In this document: positions 38,657 to 48,156 of the stretch, in pieces
Numbering within the stretch: the stretch's first letter is position 1
Layout of the letters: each line of letters opens with the position of its first letter
From: Stenotrophomonas sp. MMGLT7
Lineage (GTDB): Bacteria > Pseudomonadota > Gammaproteobacteria > Xanthomonadales > Xanthomonadaceae
Assembly (NCBI RefSeq): GCF_021168555.1
Contig: NZ_JAJOZS010000003.1
Coordinates: 276,061-340,060 of the forward strand
Length of the DNA stretch: 64,000 nt
Reading direction: 5' to 3'
Program-made: the position numbers and the translations under genes
Notes under the pieces: model-generated
Told to the model about the DNA's origin: nothing
Database searches by the model: none
The model's input: the letters and a program-made list of their open reading frames with translations, nothing else

Positions 38657-39511
38657 TCATCCGCACTTGCTGTATCCGCAGTTCAGGCAGGTCGCGCAGC
38701 CATCCATGATCACCAGCGCCTTGGTGCTGCACTTGTGGCACATGGTGGCCGTGGGCGGGAAGCTGGCGCCCTCGCCGGTGACGGCGATGTCCTCCTCGTG
38801 CTCGGCGGTGGTGTCGGCCGGCCGCGCCGAGTCCGCATCCAGGTCGAGTCCGCCGCCGGCTACGTCCTTCCCGGCGCCGGGGCCGGGCGCTCCCGGTTCT
38901 TCAGTGTTTTTTTTTGAACGGTCCTCGAACTGCCTGCGCTTCTCGGCGATCAGCGCGCGCTGGTGCTCGCTCATCTCCGGATCGTGCAGCAGGCCGATCG
39001 ACTTGAGGTGGTCCTCGACGATGTTGCCCAGCTCGGCCACCAGCGACGGCATGTACACGCCACCGGCCTTGAAGTAGCCGCCCTTGGGATCGAACACGGC
39101 CTTCATCTCCTCCACCAGGAAGGTGACGTCGCCGCCCTTGCGGAACACCGCCGACATGATGCGGGTCAGCGCGACGATCCACTGGAAGTGCTCCATCGAC
39201 TTGGAGTTGATGAAGATCTCGAACGGGCGGCGCAGCTCGTGCTCGGTGCCGGCGTTGAGCACGATGTCGTTGATGGTCACGTAGAAGGCGTGCTCCACCA
39301 GAGGCGACTTGATCTTGTAGGTGCTGCCGATCAGTACCTCGGGGCGCTCGATGCGCTCGTGCATCTGCACGATGTTGTCGGCCGGACTGGCGGCCTCGGC
39401 GGTGGCGCGGTCGATCGACGCGGCGGGTACGGGCGCGGCCGCTTCGCGCGCCTTGTCCTCGGCAGTGACGACGGCGTAGCCCTTGATTTTCTTGTCGATC
39501 TTGACGGCCAT
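38657..39511 (-). CDS. nrdJ: class II ribonucleotide reductase small C-terminal polypeptide (NrdJb-like, TSCPD + C-terminal Cys zinc-ribbon)
   Basis: 284 aa ending …CHKCSTKALVIMDGCATCLNCGYSKCG (RNR class II C-terminal Cys cluster); located 1 kb downstream of nrdJa on same strand. Confidence 0.7.
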   Translation of the reverse strand: MAVKIDKKIKGYAVVTAEDKAREAAAPVPAASIDRATAEAASPADNIVQMHERIERPEVLIGSTYKIKSPLVEHAFYVTINDIVLNAGTEHELRRPFEIFINSKSMEHFQWIVALTRIMSAVFRKGGDVTFLVEEMKAVFDPKGGYFKAGGVYMPSLVAELGNIVEDHLKSIGLLHDPEMSEHQRALIAEKRRQFEDRSKKNTEEPGAPGPGAGKDVAGGGLDLDADSARPADTTAEHEEDIAVTGEGASFPPTATMCHKCSTKALVIMDGCATCLNCGYSKCG

Positions 39512-39594
39512 GATGCGTGTCCTGGTTGCGTTGTTCGGTTCGGCCCGTTCCCGGCCCTCTCCCGCAACCGGGAGAGGGGGGACTGGAGCCTGTT

Positions 39595-40308
39595 TCAGCG
39601 GGTCTTGCTGGCAGCCTTGCCGGCGGCCCTGGGAGCGGTCTTCTTCGCGGCCTTGGCGACCTTGGCCACGGTCTTCCTGGCCGGTGCCTTCTTGACAGGT
39701 GCCTTCTTGGCCGGCGCTTTCTTCGCCGGCGCTTTCCTGGCCGCCGCCTTCTTGGGCGCGGGTTTCCTGGCCACGGCCTTCTTGACCGACTTCTTCGCCG
39801 CGGCGGTCTTGCCGGCGACGGCCTTCTTGGCCGTGGCGACGTCCTTCTTCACCGTCTTTCTGGCCGCGGCGGCCTTCTTGGCCACGCTCTTGCCGGCCTT
39901 GGCGACATCCTTCTTCGCCGTCTTCTTCGCAGGTGCCAGCCGGGTGGAGGCCTTCTTCCTGGCCGCGGTGGCCTTCTTCTTCAGCGTCGCCGCCTCGGAC
40001 TGCGCGCTGGCCTTGGCGGCCTCGAGCTTCTTCCTGGCGCTGGCGACGCCCTTCTTCACGCTCTTGGCGGCTTTCTTGACCACCGAATCCGCGCGCCTGG
40101 CGACGGTCTTCTCGACCTTCTTGACCGCCTTCCTGGCCTTGGCCACGCGCGTGTTCACTTCCTTGCGCGCCTTGACCGCGGTCTGCTTGACCGTGGCCAC
40201 CGCCTCGGTGGCGGTGGCTGCAACGGCATCGCCCAGTTGGCCCGCGCTTTCCTTAACGTTCTCGGCGGCCTGCGAAAGGGTCGCCGTCACACCATTACCG
40301 TTGCTCAT
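39595..40308 (-). CDS. histone-H1-like / AlgP-like Lys-Ala-rich basic protein
   Basis: 237 aa, >35% Ala+Lys, repeated (A)KKAPAKKAP / VKKDVAKA units; DNA shows imperfect 15-bp tandem repeats (GCCTTCTTGGCCGGC variants). Confidence 0.7.
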   Translation of the reverse strand: MSNGNGVTATLSQAAENVKESAGQLGDAVAATATEAVATVKQTAVKARKEVNTRVAKARKAVKKVEKTVARRADSVVKKAAKSVKKGVASARKKLEAAKASAQSEAATLKKKATAARKKASTRLAPAKKTAKKDVAKAGKSVAKKAAAARKTVKKDVATAKKAVAGKTAAAKKSVKKAVARKPAPKKAAARKAPAKKAPAKKAPVKKAPARKTVAKVAKAAKKTAPRAAGKAASKTR

Positions 40309-40465
40309 ATGGCCCTCCTCCGGGCGTCAGTGTCGTGTTGCGTGAGCGATGCTATACCGATGCCATGCGGCGTGGAACGGGGATGCAACGGGGTGCGGAA
40401 GCGCTGCCGGGAAGCTGCGGCCGGATCCGGCCGCGGCCGGCGCCGCGAGCGGGCGCCGGCCCTGC

Positions 40466-42613
40466 TCAGAACTTGCCGTAGTAGCCTTCCTTGAGGGCGT
40501 CGAACAGGTTGGCGGCGGTATGCATCTCGCCGTCGTACTCGATCTGCTCGTTGCCCTTGACCTCGACCACGCTGCCGTCCTCCAGCTCGAAGCGGTAGGT
40601 GGTGTTCTCCAGGTCCGCCTCCTTGACCAGCACGCCCTGGAAGGCGGCCGGGTTGAAGCGGAACGTGGTGCAGCCCTTGAGCCCCTGCCGGTAGGCGTAG
40701 CGGTAGATGTCCTTGAACTGCTCGTACGGGTAGTCGGTGGGGACGTTGGCGGTCTTGGAGATGGAGCTGTCCACCCACTTCTGCGCCGCGGCCTGCACGT
40801 CCACGTGCTCCTTCGGGCTGATGTCGTCGGCGGCGATGAAGTAGTCCGGCAGGCGCGCGGCCTCGTCGTCGGCGAACGGTATCGCCTTGGGATTGACCAG
40901 GTGGCGGTAGGCCAGCAGTTCGAAGGAGAACACGTCCACCTTCTCCTTGGACTTCTTGCCCTCGCGGATCACGTTGCGGCTGTAGTGGTGGGCGAACGAC
41001 GGCTCGATGCCGTTGGAGGCATTGTTGGCCAGCGACAGCGAGATGGTGCCGGTGGGCGCGATGGAACTGTGGTGGGTGAAGCGCGCGCCGCTCTCGGCCA
41101 GCTCGTCCACCAGTTCCGGGGCGACCTCGGCGATGCGCTGCATGTAGCGGCTGTAGCGCGCGTGCAGCACCTTGCCCTCGATCTGCTGGCCCACGCGCCA
41201 GCCGTCGCGCGCCATCTCCGGGCGCTTGCGCAGCATCTCGGCGGTGACCTCGAAGGTCTCGTCCATGATCGGCGCGGCGCCCTTCTCGCGCGCCAGCGCA
41301 AGCCCGGTCTCCCATCCGGCCAGCGCCATCTCGCGGGCGATGGCCTCGGTGAACCGGCACGACTCGGGCGAGCCGTACTTCATCTTCAGCATGGTCACGG
41401 TCGAGCCCAGACCGAGGAAGCCCATGCCGTGGCGGCGCTTGCGCTCGATCTCGGCGCGCTGCTGCGGCAGCGGCAGGCCGTTGACCTCGACCACGTTGTC
41501 GAGCATGCGGGTGAACACCCGCACGACCTCCTTGTATTCCTCCCAGTCGAAGCGCGCCTTGTCGGTGAACGGCTCGCGCACGAAGGTGGTCAGGTTGACC
41601 GAGCCGAGCAGGCAGGCGCCGTAGGGCGGCAGGGGCTGCTCGCCGCACGGGTTGGTCGCGCGGATGTTCTCGCACCACCAGTTGTTGTTCATCTCGTTGA
41701 CCTTGTCGATCAGGATGAAGCCCGGCTCGGCGTAGTCGTAGGTGGACACCATGATCATGTCCCACAGGTGGCGGGCGCGGATCTGCCCGTAGACCTTGCA
41801 GGCAACCAGGCCGTCGTCGCGGACGATGTAGTTCTCGTGCAGCGGCCACTCGCGCCACACCACCCGGGCCGGGTCGGCCAGGTCGATCTCGCCCTCTTCC
41901 TTGCGGTTGACCGGGAACACCAGCGGCCAGTCGCTGTCGTCCTCCACCGCCTGCATGAAGCCGTCGGTGATCAGCAGCGACAGGTTGAACTGGCGCAGGC
42001 GCCCGTCCTCGCGCTTGGCGCGGATGAAGTCCTTCACGTCCGGGTGCGACACGTCGAAGGTGCCCATCTGCGCGCCGCGGCGGCCGCCGGCCGAGGACAC
42101 GGTGAAGCACATCTTGTCGAAGATATCCATGAACGACATCGGCCCGGAGGTGTAGGCGCCGGCGCCGGCCACGAACGCGCCGCGCGGGCGCAGCGTGCTG
42201 AACTCGTAGCCGATGCCGCAGCCGGCCTTGAGCGTGAGCCCGGCCTCGTGGACCTTCTCCAGGATGCCGTCCATCGAGTCGGCGATGGTGCCCGAGACGG
42301 TGCAGTTGATGGTGCTGGTGGCCGGCTTGTGTTCCTGCGCGCCGGCGTTGGAAGTGATGCGGCCGGCCGGGATCGCGCCGTGGCGCAGCGCCCACAGGAA
42401 GCGCTCGTACCAGTGCTCGCGGGTCTGCGGGTCGGCCTCGGCGTCGGCCAGCGCGCGCGCCACGCGCCGGTAGGTGCCGTCGATGTCGGCGTCCAGCGCC
42501 TCGCCCTGCTTGGTCTTCAGCCGGTACTTCTTGTCCCAGATGTCCAGCGAGGCGGGCTGCATCGGAATGCCGTCCGGACGGGTCTTGACCACTTCAAGGC
42601 GCACCGTGCTCAT
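40466..42613 (-). CDS. nrdJ: adenosylcobalamin-dependent ribonucleotide reductase, class II, large polypeptide (NrdJa)
   Basis: 715 aa from MSTVRLEVVK…; RNR catalytic blocks (…NPCGEQPLPPYGACLLGSVNL…, …SSIAPTGTISL…); ORF-track N-terminal 35 aa extension judged spurious. Confidence 0.9.
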   Translation of the reverse strand: MSTVRLEVVKTRPDGIPMQPASLDIWDKKYRLKTKQGEALDADIDGTYRRVARALADAEADPQTREHWYERFLWALRHGAIPAGRITSNAGAQEHKPATSTINCTVSGTIADSMDGILEKVHEAGLTLKAGCGIGYEFSTLRPRGAFVAGAGAYTSGPMSFMDIFDKMCFTVSSAGGRRGAQMGTFDVSHPDVKDFIRAKREDGRLRQFNLSLLITDGFMQAVEDDSDWPLVFPVNRKEEGEIDLADPARVVWREWPLHENYIVRDDGLVACKVYGQIRARHLWDMIMVSTYDYAEPGFILIDKVNEMNNNWWCENIRATNPCGEQPLPPYGACLLGSVNLTTFVREPFTDKARFDWEEYKEVVRVFTRMLDNVVEVNGLPLPQQRAEIERKRRHGMGFLGLGSTVTMLKMKYGSPESCRFTEAIAREMALAGWETGLALAREKGAAPIMDETFEVTAEMLRKRPEMARDGWRVGQQIEGKVLHARYSRYMQRIAEVAPELVDELAESGARFTHHSSIAPTGTISLSLANNASNGIEPSFAHHYSRNVIREGKKSKEKVDVFSFELLAYRHLVNPKAIPFADDEAARLPDYFIAADDISPKEHVDVQAAAQKWVDSSISKTANVPTDYPYEQFKDIYRYAYRQGLKGCTTFRFNPAAFQGVLVKEADLENTTYRFELEDGSVVEVKGNEQIEYDGEMHTAANLFDALKEGYYGKF

Positions 42614-42835
42614 TGTTGCTCGTTCTCCTTCGACCTTCCCGATGGGAGGATGTCGCCATCCTGCTGGGCCCGGGACGAACAGCGAAGACGCCGGCGACCG
42701 ACGCGATGCGCAGGGCATCGATCGGAATTATGGTCGGTTGGATCACGCCGCCACGCCATGCGTCATCGCCCGCTTCCCGAGGCTCTGTTGATGTCCCAAG
42801 CCAAGACCCTACAACTTGGGTTTGTGCGCCGCTTT

Positions 42836-42851
42836 ACCGCTATATCTAGTG
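42836..42851. promoter_or_regulatory. candidate NrdR box (CCGCTATATCTAGTGG) ~225 bp upstream of nrdJa
   Basis: 12/16 match to NrdR consensus acaCwAtATaTwGtgt; single copy found, no clear tandem partner. Confidence 0.3.
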
Positions 42852-43063
42852 GCCGGCGAGGCGTTCCAAGCTACGCGCGGCGACCCCGCCTGTCAACGTC
42901 CGCACGGCCGCGGACCGCGGCCGCGGAACGGGCGCGGCCGCGCTTTCACTGGCGGTTAAATCGGGGCGCGGCACTCTCGTTCAGGTTGATCGACGGGCAC
43001 TCCGTACCCATCCTTTCGTTCCCTGACCCCTCCCTCCGTTTCCTCCACGGAATCGACACGCCC

Positions 43064-44491
43064 ATGCGACCGCTTCCCACCCTGCTCACCCTCGCCCTGG
43101 CCGCGGCCTTCGGCGGCTTCGCCGCCACCGCGATCAACGCCCACCTGGACAACCGCGCCCAGGCCGAACCCACCGCGCTCGCCGCCCCGGCCGCGGGCAG
43201 CCTTCCCGCCACGGTGGCCGGCCAGCCGCTGCCGACGCTGGCGCCGATGCTGCAGCAGGTGATGCCGGCCGTGGTCAGCATCAACACCAAGCAGGTGGTG
43301 CGGGTACGCAACCCGTTCTTCAACGACCCGTTCTTCCGCCGGCTGTTCCCGGACATCCCGCAGGAACGCATCAACGAGTCGCTCGGCTCGGGCGTGATCA
43401 TCGACGCCAAGCAGGGCCTGGTGCTCACCAACCACCACGTCATCGACAACGCCGACGACGTGCAGGTGACGCTGGCCGACGGCCGCAGCCTCAAGGCCGA
43501 GTTCCTGGGCTCCGACGCGGACACCGACATCGCGCTGATCCGCATCACCGCCGACAAGCTCACCGCCATCCAGCTCGCCGACAGCGGCCAGCTGCGGGTG
43601 GGCGATTTCGTGGTGGCCATCGGCAACCCGTTCGGCTTCACCCAGACGGTGACCTCGGGCATCGTCTCGGCGGTGGGCCGCAGCGGCATCCGCGGGCTGG
43701 GCTACCAGAACTTCATCCAGACCGACGCCTCGATCAACCCCGGCAACTCCGGCGGCGCGCTGGTGGACCTGCAGGGACGCCTGGTGGGCATCAACACCGC
43801 CAGCTTCAACCCGCAGGGCAGCATGGCCGGCAACATCGGCCTGGGCCTGGCGATCCCCTCCAACCTGGCGCGCAACGTGGTCGAGCAGTTGCTCAAGACG
43901 GGCGTGGTGGTGCGCGGCACGCTGGGCATGGAGACGCAGAACCTGACCGCGCAGATGGCCCAGGGCCTGGGGCTGGACAACATCCGCGGCGCACTGGTCA
44001 CGCGCGTGCTGGCGGGTTCGGGCGCGGCGGCGGCAGGCGTGCAGCCGGGCGACGTGGTGGTCGCCGCCAACGGCCAGCGCGTGGACAGCGCCGAGTCGCT
44101 GCACAACTACGAGGGCCTGCAGCCGGTGGGCAGCACGGTGGCGCTGGACGTGCGCCGCGACGGCAAGCCGCTGCAGCTCAAGGCGGTGCTCAAGGAGCAG
44201 GCGCGCGCGGTCAAGGGCGACAGCCTCGACCCGCGCCTGGGCGGTGCCACCTTCACCGACCTGCCCGAGTCGCTGCGCCAGTCCGGCCTGAACGGGGTGC
44301 TGGTGAGCGAGGTCGCGCGCGGCAGCCGCGCCGCCGCCAACGGCCTGGCCAAGGGCGACATCGTGGTCGCCAGCACGGTGGGCGAATTCGCCGACCTGGC
44401 CAGCTGGCGCGCCGGCTTCGAGCGCAAGCCGCAGCAGCTGGTGGTGCGCATCCTCCGCGGCAACCGGCAGTACGACGTACCGTTGCAGTGA
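43064..44491 (+). CDS. DegP/DegQ-family periplasmic serine endoprotease (trypsin domain + 2 PDZ)
   Basis: Catalytic triad context HHV…D…GNSGGAL; two PDZ-like segments; signal peptide MRPLPTLLTLALAAAFG. Confidence 0.85.
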   Translation: MRPLPTLLTLALAAAFGGFAATAINAHLDNRAQAEPTALAAPAAGSLPATVAGQPLPTLAPMLQQVMPAVVSINTKQVVRVRNPFFNDPFFRRLFPDIPQERINESLGSGVIIDAKQGLVLTNHHVIDNADDVQVTLADGRSLKAEFLGSDADTDIALIRITADKLTAIQLADSGQLRVGDFVVAIGNPFGFTQTVTSGIVSAVGRSGIRGLGYQNFIQTDASINPGNSGGALVDLQGRLVGINTASFNPQGSMAGNIGLGLAIPSNLARNVVEQLLKTGVVVRGTLGMETQNLTAQMAQGLGLDNIRGALVTRVLAGSGAAAAGVQPGDVVVAANGQRVDSAESLHNYEGLQPVGSTVALDVRRDGKPLQLKAVLKEQARAVKGDSLDPRLGGATFTDLPESLRQSGLNGVLVSEVARGSRAAANGLAKGDIVVASTVGEFADLASWRAGFERKPQQLVVRILRGNRQYDVPLQ

Positions 44492-44619
44492 TGGCGAGGG
44501 CGCCGGCCGTGCTGCGGCCGTCGCCCCGCCGTGACACCCCCTACACCGGGGCGATGCTATTTGTGCCCTTCCACGGTCATGCAACCATGGCCGTTCCCAT
44601 CAGTCCCCAGGAGATCGCG

Positions 44620-44985
44620 ATGAGCCCCACCAACACCGAACAGCTGAAGGAAAACCTGAGCGAAGCCGGCTCCCACCTCAAGTCGGCCGCCTCTGCCGCC
44701 AGCGAGGCGATCAAGGGTGCCGCCGGTGCCGCCGGCGACGAGCTCAAGCTGGGCAAGGCCAACGTCAAGTCGGAGCTGTCCGATACCGCGCTGTCGGGCC
44801 TGAACGCGGCCGAGTTCGGCGGTGCCGCCGCCAAGGAGCAGGTGGACGTGCTGCTGGACAAGGGCCGCGACCTGCTCGACAGCGCCACCGACCTGATCCG
44901 CGAGAAGCCGCTGGCCTCGTTCGGCGTCGCCTTCGCCGCCGGCTGGCTGATCGCCAAGCTGGCCCGCAGCAGCGGCGAGAAGTAA
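44620..44985 (+). CDS. DUF883 (YqjD/ElaB-like) membrane-anchored stress protein
   Basis: Start MSPTNTEQL with AGGAG RBS; C-terminal TM anchor …ASFGVAFAAGWLIAKLARS; upstream 44 codons of ORF-track call rejected. Confidence 0.7.
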   Translation: MSPTNTEQLKENLSEAGSHLKSAASAASEAIKGAAGAAGDELKLGKANVKSELSDTALSGLNAAEFGGAAAKEQVDVLLDKGRDLLDSATDLIREKPLASFGVAFAAGWLIAKLARSSGEK

Positions 44986-44994
44986 GCCGGTCGC

Positions 44995-45504
44995 GTGAGC
45001 GAGCACGACACACGACCCGGGGACGGCGCCGCCGACGCGGCGCCCGAGGACACGACGCCTTCGATCGAGGCGTCGCTGCGCCAGTTCGGCGCGGCCGGCC
45101 GCGAAGGACTGGACGCGACCCTGGACACCGGCCGCGCGCTGCGGCGCCTGCTGTTCGCCGACCTGGCACTGGCACGCGCGGCACTGGCGCGCGCGCTGGT
45201 GTGGCTGACGGTGGCGGTGGCGTTCGGCGGCTCGGCGTGGCTGCTGCTGATGGGCGTGGTGATCGCACTGCTGCAGGCGATGGGCTGGTCGTGGCTGGCC
45301 TCGATCTCGTTCGCGGCGCTGATCAGCCTGATGGTCACCGGCATCGGTGCCTGGCAGGCGCTGCGCTACTTCGAGATGAGCAGGCTCCAGGCCACCCGCC
45401 GGCAACTGGCGCGCCTGGGCATCGGCGGCGACGGCGATGCCGACACCGACGACGAAGACGAAGCCGTTCCGCCCGCTTCGTCGCAGGGAGCACCGACGCC
45501 ATGA
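44995..45504 (+). CDS. YqjE-like / phage-holin-family inner-membrane protein
   Basis: Two TM helices (LVWLTVAVAFGGSAWLLLMGVVIALL ; LASISFAALISLMVTGIGAW); position after DUF883 gene mirrors E. coli yqjD-yqjE-yqjK. Confidence 0.55.
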   Translation: MSEHDTRPGDGAADAAPEDTTPSIEASLRQFGAAGREGLDATLDTGRALRRLLFADLALARAALARALVWLTVAVAFGGSAWLLLMGVVIALLQAMGWSWLASISFAALISLMVTGIGAWQALRYFEMSRLQATRRQLARLGIGGDGDADTDDEDEAVPPASSQGAPTP

Positions 45505-45962
45505 AGTTCGAACAACTGCAACGACGCATCCAGCGCGCCGAGGAACTGCTGGAGGGCCGCGAGCAGCAGGTGGCGACGCAGTGGTGCGTGCTCAAGCGGG
45601 TCTGGCGCGAAGGCTGGACCCCGTTGCGCATCGTCGTCGCCGGGTTCGGCCTGGGCTTCCTCGGCGGCCGCACCGAGCCGGTGGCCGCCATCAACAGCGT
45701 GGCCGCCAAGCTCGGCGGCGCGCCCAAGCTACTGCAGATGATCTCCACGGTCTCCGGCCTGTTCGCCGCAATGCAGGCGCAGGACGCCTCCGACCAGGCC
45801 GAGCGCGCGGCCGACCAATCGCAGGACGCCGCCGCCGACGCCTCGCAACCGCCGCAGCCGGACCAGGCCCCGCGCCCGGCCCGGCGCGTCGACGCTGCCG
45901 CAGCGGAGCACGCCCCGCCGCGGCCGGCCGAGGCGGCCACGGAAATGTCCGAGCGCTATTGA
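45501..45962 (+). CDS. YqjK-like protein
   Basis: ATG overlaps previous stop (ATGA); MKFEQLQRRIQRAEELLEGREQQVATQW…; acidic Q/A/D-rich tail. Confidence 0.45.
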   Translation: MKFEQLQRRIQRAEELLEGREQQVATQWCVLKRVWREGWTPLRIVVAGFGLGFLGGRTEPVAAINSVAAKLGGAPKLLQMISTVSGLFAAMQAQDASDQAERAADQSQDAAADASQPPQPDQAPRPARRVDAAAAEHAPPRPAEAATEMSERY

Positions 45963-46233
45963 TCCGGCGACGTGGCGATGGCCGGGCCCGGGACGCCGCA
46001 GACGGGCTCTGCCGGCACCGGCCGTGCCGCCTTCGGCTGGCGTTCCCTGGCTGGCCCCGTAGCCCTGGCAAGCGAAGCGCACCAGCCACAACCATGCCCC
46101 GGAAGCGCTTCGCCTACCCGGACCACATCGCGGCGGCGCGTCGCCGCATCGCGCCCGCCGACGCTCACGTCCGCCGCACCTTGTCCGGGCCGATAATGCC
46201 CGCCCTTGTCCCGTGCCGGCTGCCGGCCTCGCC

Positions 46234-47334
46234 ATGAACCAACCCGCCGACGCTGCCCGACCCGCCCACGACGAGCGTGCCGCTCCCCCGCTGCCGCGTC
46301 CGCGCGCGCCGATGTCGCTGGTGGTGCTGGCGACGCTGGCGGTCGGCTTCACCCTGTGGGCGGCGCAGGAGGTGATCCTGCCGATCCTGCTGGCGGCGTT
46401 CTTCGCCCTGGTCGGCAACCCGATCCTGCGCCTGCTGGGGCGGCTGCATGTGCCGCGCTTCCTGGCCGCGCTGCTGGTCATCACCCTGGGCGTGGCCGGC
46501 ACGGTGGCGCTGACGATCCAGCTGGCCGGGCCGGCCACCGAGTGGGTGCAGCAGGCACCGCGGCAGATGCGCCAGATCGCCAACAAGGTGCGCGACCTCA
46601 CCAAGCCGGTGATGCAGGCCAACCAGGCGGCGGAGAACTTCGCGCGGGTGGCCGGCGGCGAGGGCAGCCGCCGCGTGCAGGTGGTGCGCACCCAGCTCGA
46701 CGATCCCTACCGCGCCCTGGTGCGCACGCCCAAGCTGGCCGCCTCGGTGCTGGCGGTGGTGCTGCTGACGTTCTTCTTCATGGTCTACGGGCAAAGCCTG
46801 CAGCGCCATGTCATCGCGCTGATGCCCGGCCGCCAGCAGCAGCGCTTCACCGCCGACATCCTGCGCTCGATCGAGCGCGAGGTCTCGCGCTACGTGCTGA
46901 CCATCAGCGTGATCAACACCCTGGTCGGCGCGGTGCTGGCCGGCATCCTGTACCTGCTCGGCATCCCGGTCCAGGAAGCGGCGCTGTGGGGCACGGTGGC
47001 GGCGCTGCTGAACTTCGCCCCCTACATCGGTCCGCTGATCGGCGTGGTGCTGATGCTGCTGATGGGTTTCGTCGAGTTCCGCGACCCGCTCGCCGCCGCC
47101 CTGCCGGCGCTGCTGTACCTGGCGCTGCACACGCTGGAAGGGCAGATCGTCACCCCGATCGTGCTCGGCCGGCGCATGGCGATCTCGCCGCTGATGCTGA
47201 TCCTGGCGCTGATGCTGTTCGGCTGGCTGTGGGGCATGATCGGCCTGCTGCTGGCGGTGCCGATGCTGGTGTGCATCAAGCTGGTGCTGGGCAAGCTCGA
47301 AGGCATGCAGCGCTGGGCCCGGCTGCTGGAGTGA
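46234..47334 (+). CDS. AI-2E family transporter (PerM/UPF0118)
   Basis: 8 TM permease, conserved …FAPYIGPLIGVVLM… and C-terminal …PMLVCIKLVL…. Confidence 0.8.
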   Translation: MNQPADAARPAHDERAAPPLPRPRAPMSLVVLATLAVGFTLWAAQEVILPILLAAFFALVGNPILRLLGRLHVPRFLAALLVITLGVAGTVALTIQLAGPATEWVQQAPRQMRQIANKVRDLTKPVMQANQAAENFARVAGGEGSRRVQVVRTQLDDPYRALVRTPKLAASVLAVVLLTFFFMVYGQSLQRHVIALMPGRQQQRFTADILRSIEREVSRYVLTISVINTLVGAVLAGILYLLGIPVQEAALWGTVAALLNFAPYIGPLIGVVLMLLMGFVEFRDPLAAALPALLYLALHTLEGQIVTPIVLGRRMAISPLMLILALMLFGWLWGMIGLLLAVPMLVCIKLVLGKLEGMQRWARLLE

Positions 47335-47372
47335 ACGGCCGTGACCGGCGCGCGTTGGCGTAAAATGGGCCG

Positions 47373-48095
47373 GTGAACTTTCCCGTCCGTGCAATCACCC
47401 TCGATCTCGACGATACCCTGTGGCCGTTCGCGCCGATCGGCGAGCGCATCGACAACGTGCTGCACGACTGGCTGCAGCAGCACAGCCCGCGCACCGCCGA
47501 GCTGTTCCCGATCGCGGCCATGCACCGCCTGCGCGCGCAGGTGTTCGAGCACAATCCGCACCTGGCCTACGACCTCGGCGCGATCCGGCGGCTGACGCTG
47601 CAGCAGGCGCTGGCCGCCAGCGGCGCCGACACCGCCCTGGTCGAGCCCGCCTACGAGGTGTTCTACGCCGAGCGCAACCGCGTGGAATGCTATCCCGACG
47701 CCCTCGGCGCGCTGGCGCGCATCGCCGCGCGGGTGCCGGTGGCCGCGCTCACCAACGGCAACGCCGACCTGCAGCGCATCGGCCTGGAGCGGCACTTCGT
47801 GTTCCAGCTCGGTGCGCGCGAGCACGGCGCGGCCAAGCCCGAGGCCAGCATCTTCCACGCCGCCTGCGCACGCCTGCAGCTGCCGCCGTCGCAGGTGCTG
47901 CACGTGGGCGACCACATCGAGATGGACGTGGTCGGCGCCATGCAGGCCGGGCTGCGCGGCTGCTGGATCAACCGCGAGCGGCAGCACTGGACGCATCCGC
48001 AACTGCAGCCGGACCTGCATTTCGACACCCTCGCCGGGCTGGCCGACTGGCTCGATGCCCAGGCCGGGGATACCCCTTCCACCGCCGGCGCCTGA
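47373..48095 (+). CDS. HAD-family hydrolase (YjjG-like nucleotidase/phosphatase)
   Basis: Motif I ITLDLDDTLW, motif III …K…, motif IV GDHIEMDVVGA. Confidence 0.75.
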   Translation: MNFPVRAITLDLDDTLWPFAPIGERIDNVLHDWLQQHSPRTAELFPIAAMHRLRAQVFEHNPHLAYDLGAIRRLTLQQALAASGADTALVEPAYEVFYAERNRVECYPDALGALARIAARVPVAALTNGNADLQRIGLERHFVFQLGAREHGAAKPEASIFHAACARLQLPPSQVLHVGDHIEMDVVGAMQAGLRGCWINRERQHWTHPQLQPDLHFDTLAGLADWLDAQAGDTPSTAGA

Positions 48096-48156
48096 TGCCG
48101 GCCGCGGGCGCCGGCCCGGCGCCTGCCTCGAATACGCCTCCAGGAGGACGTCCCCC

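Noticed and set aside
42614-43063. Cobalamin riboswitch upstream of nrdJa
   Set aside because: No B12-box-like (rAGYCMGgAgaCCkGCcd) motif seen; class II RNR uses AdoCbl as cofactor but is not typically riboswitch-controlled.
40349-44491. 1380-aa + strand ORF spanning nrdJa antisense and degP
   Set aside because: Only the final 475 aa (from MRPLPTLL, 43064) is DegP; upstream part is antisense shadow of nrdJa.
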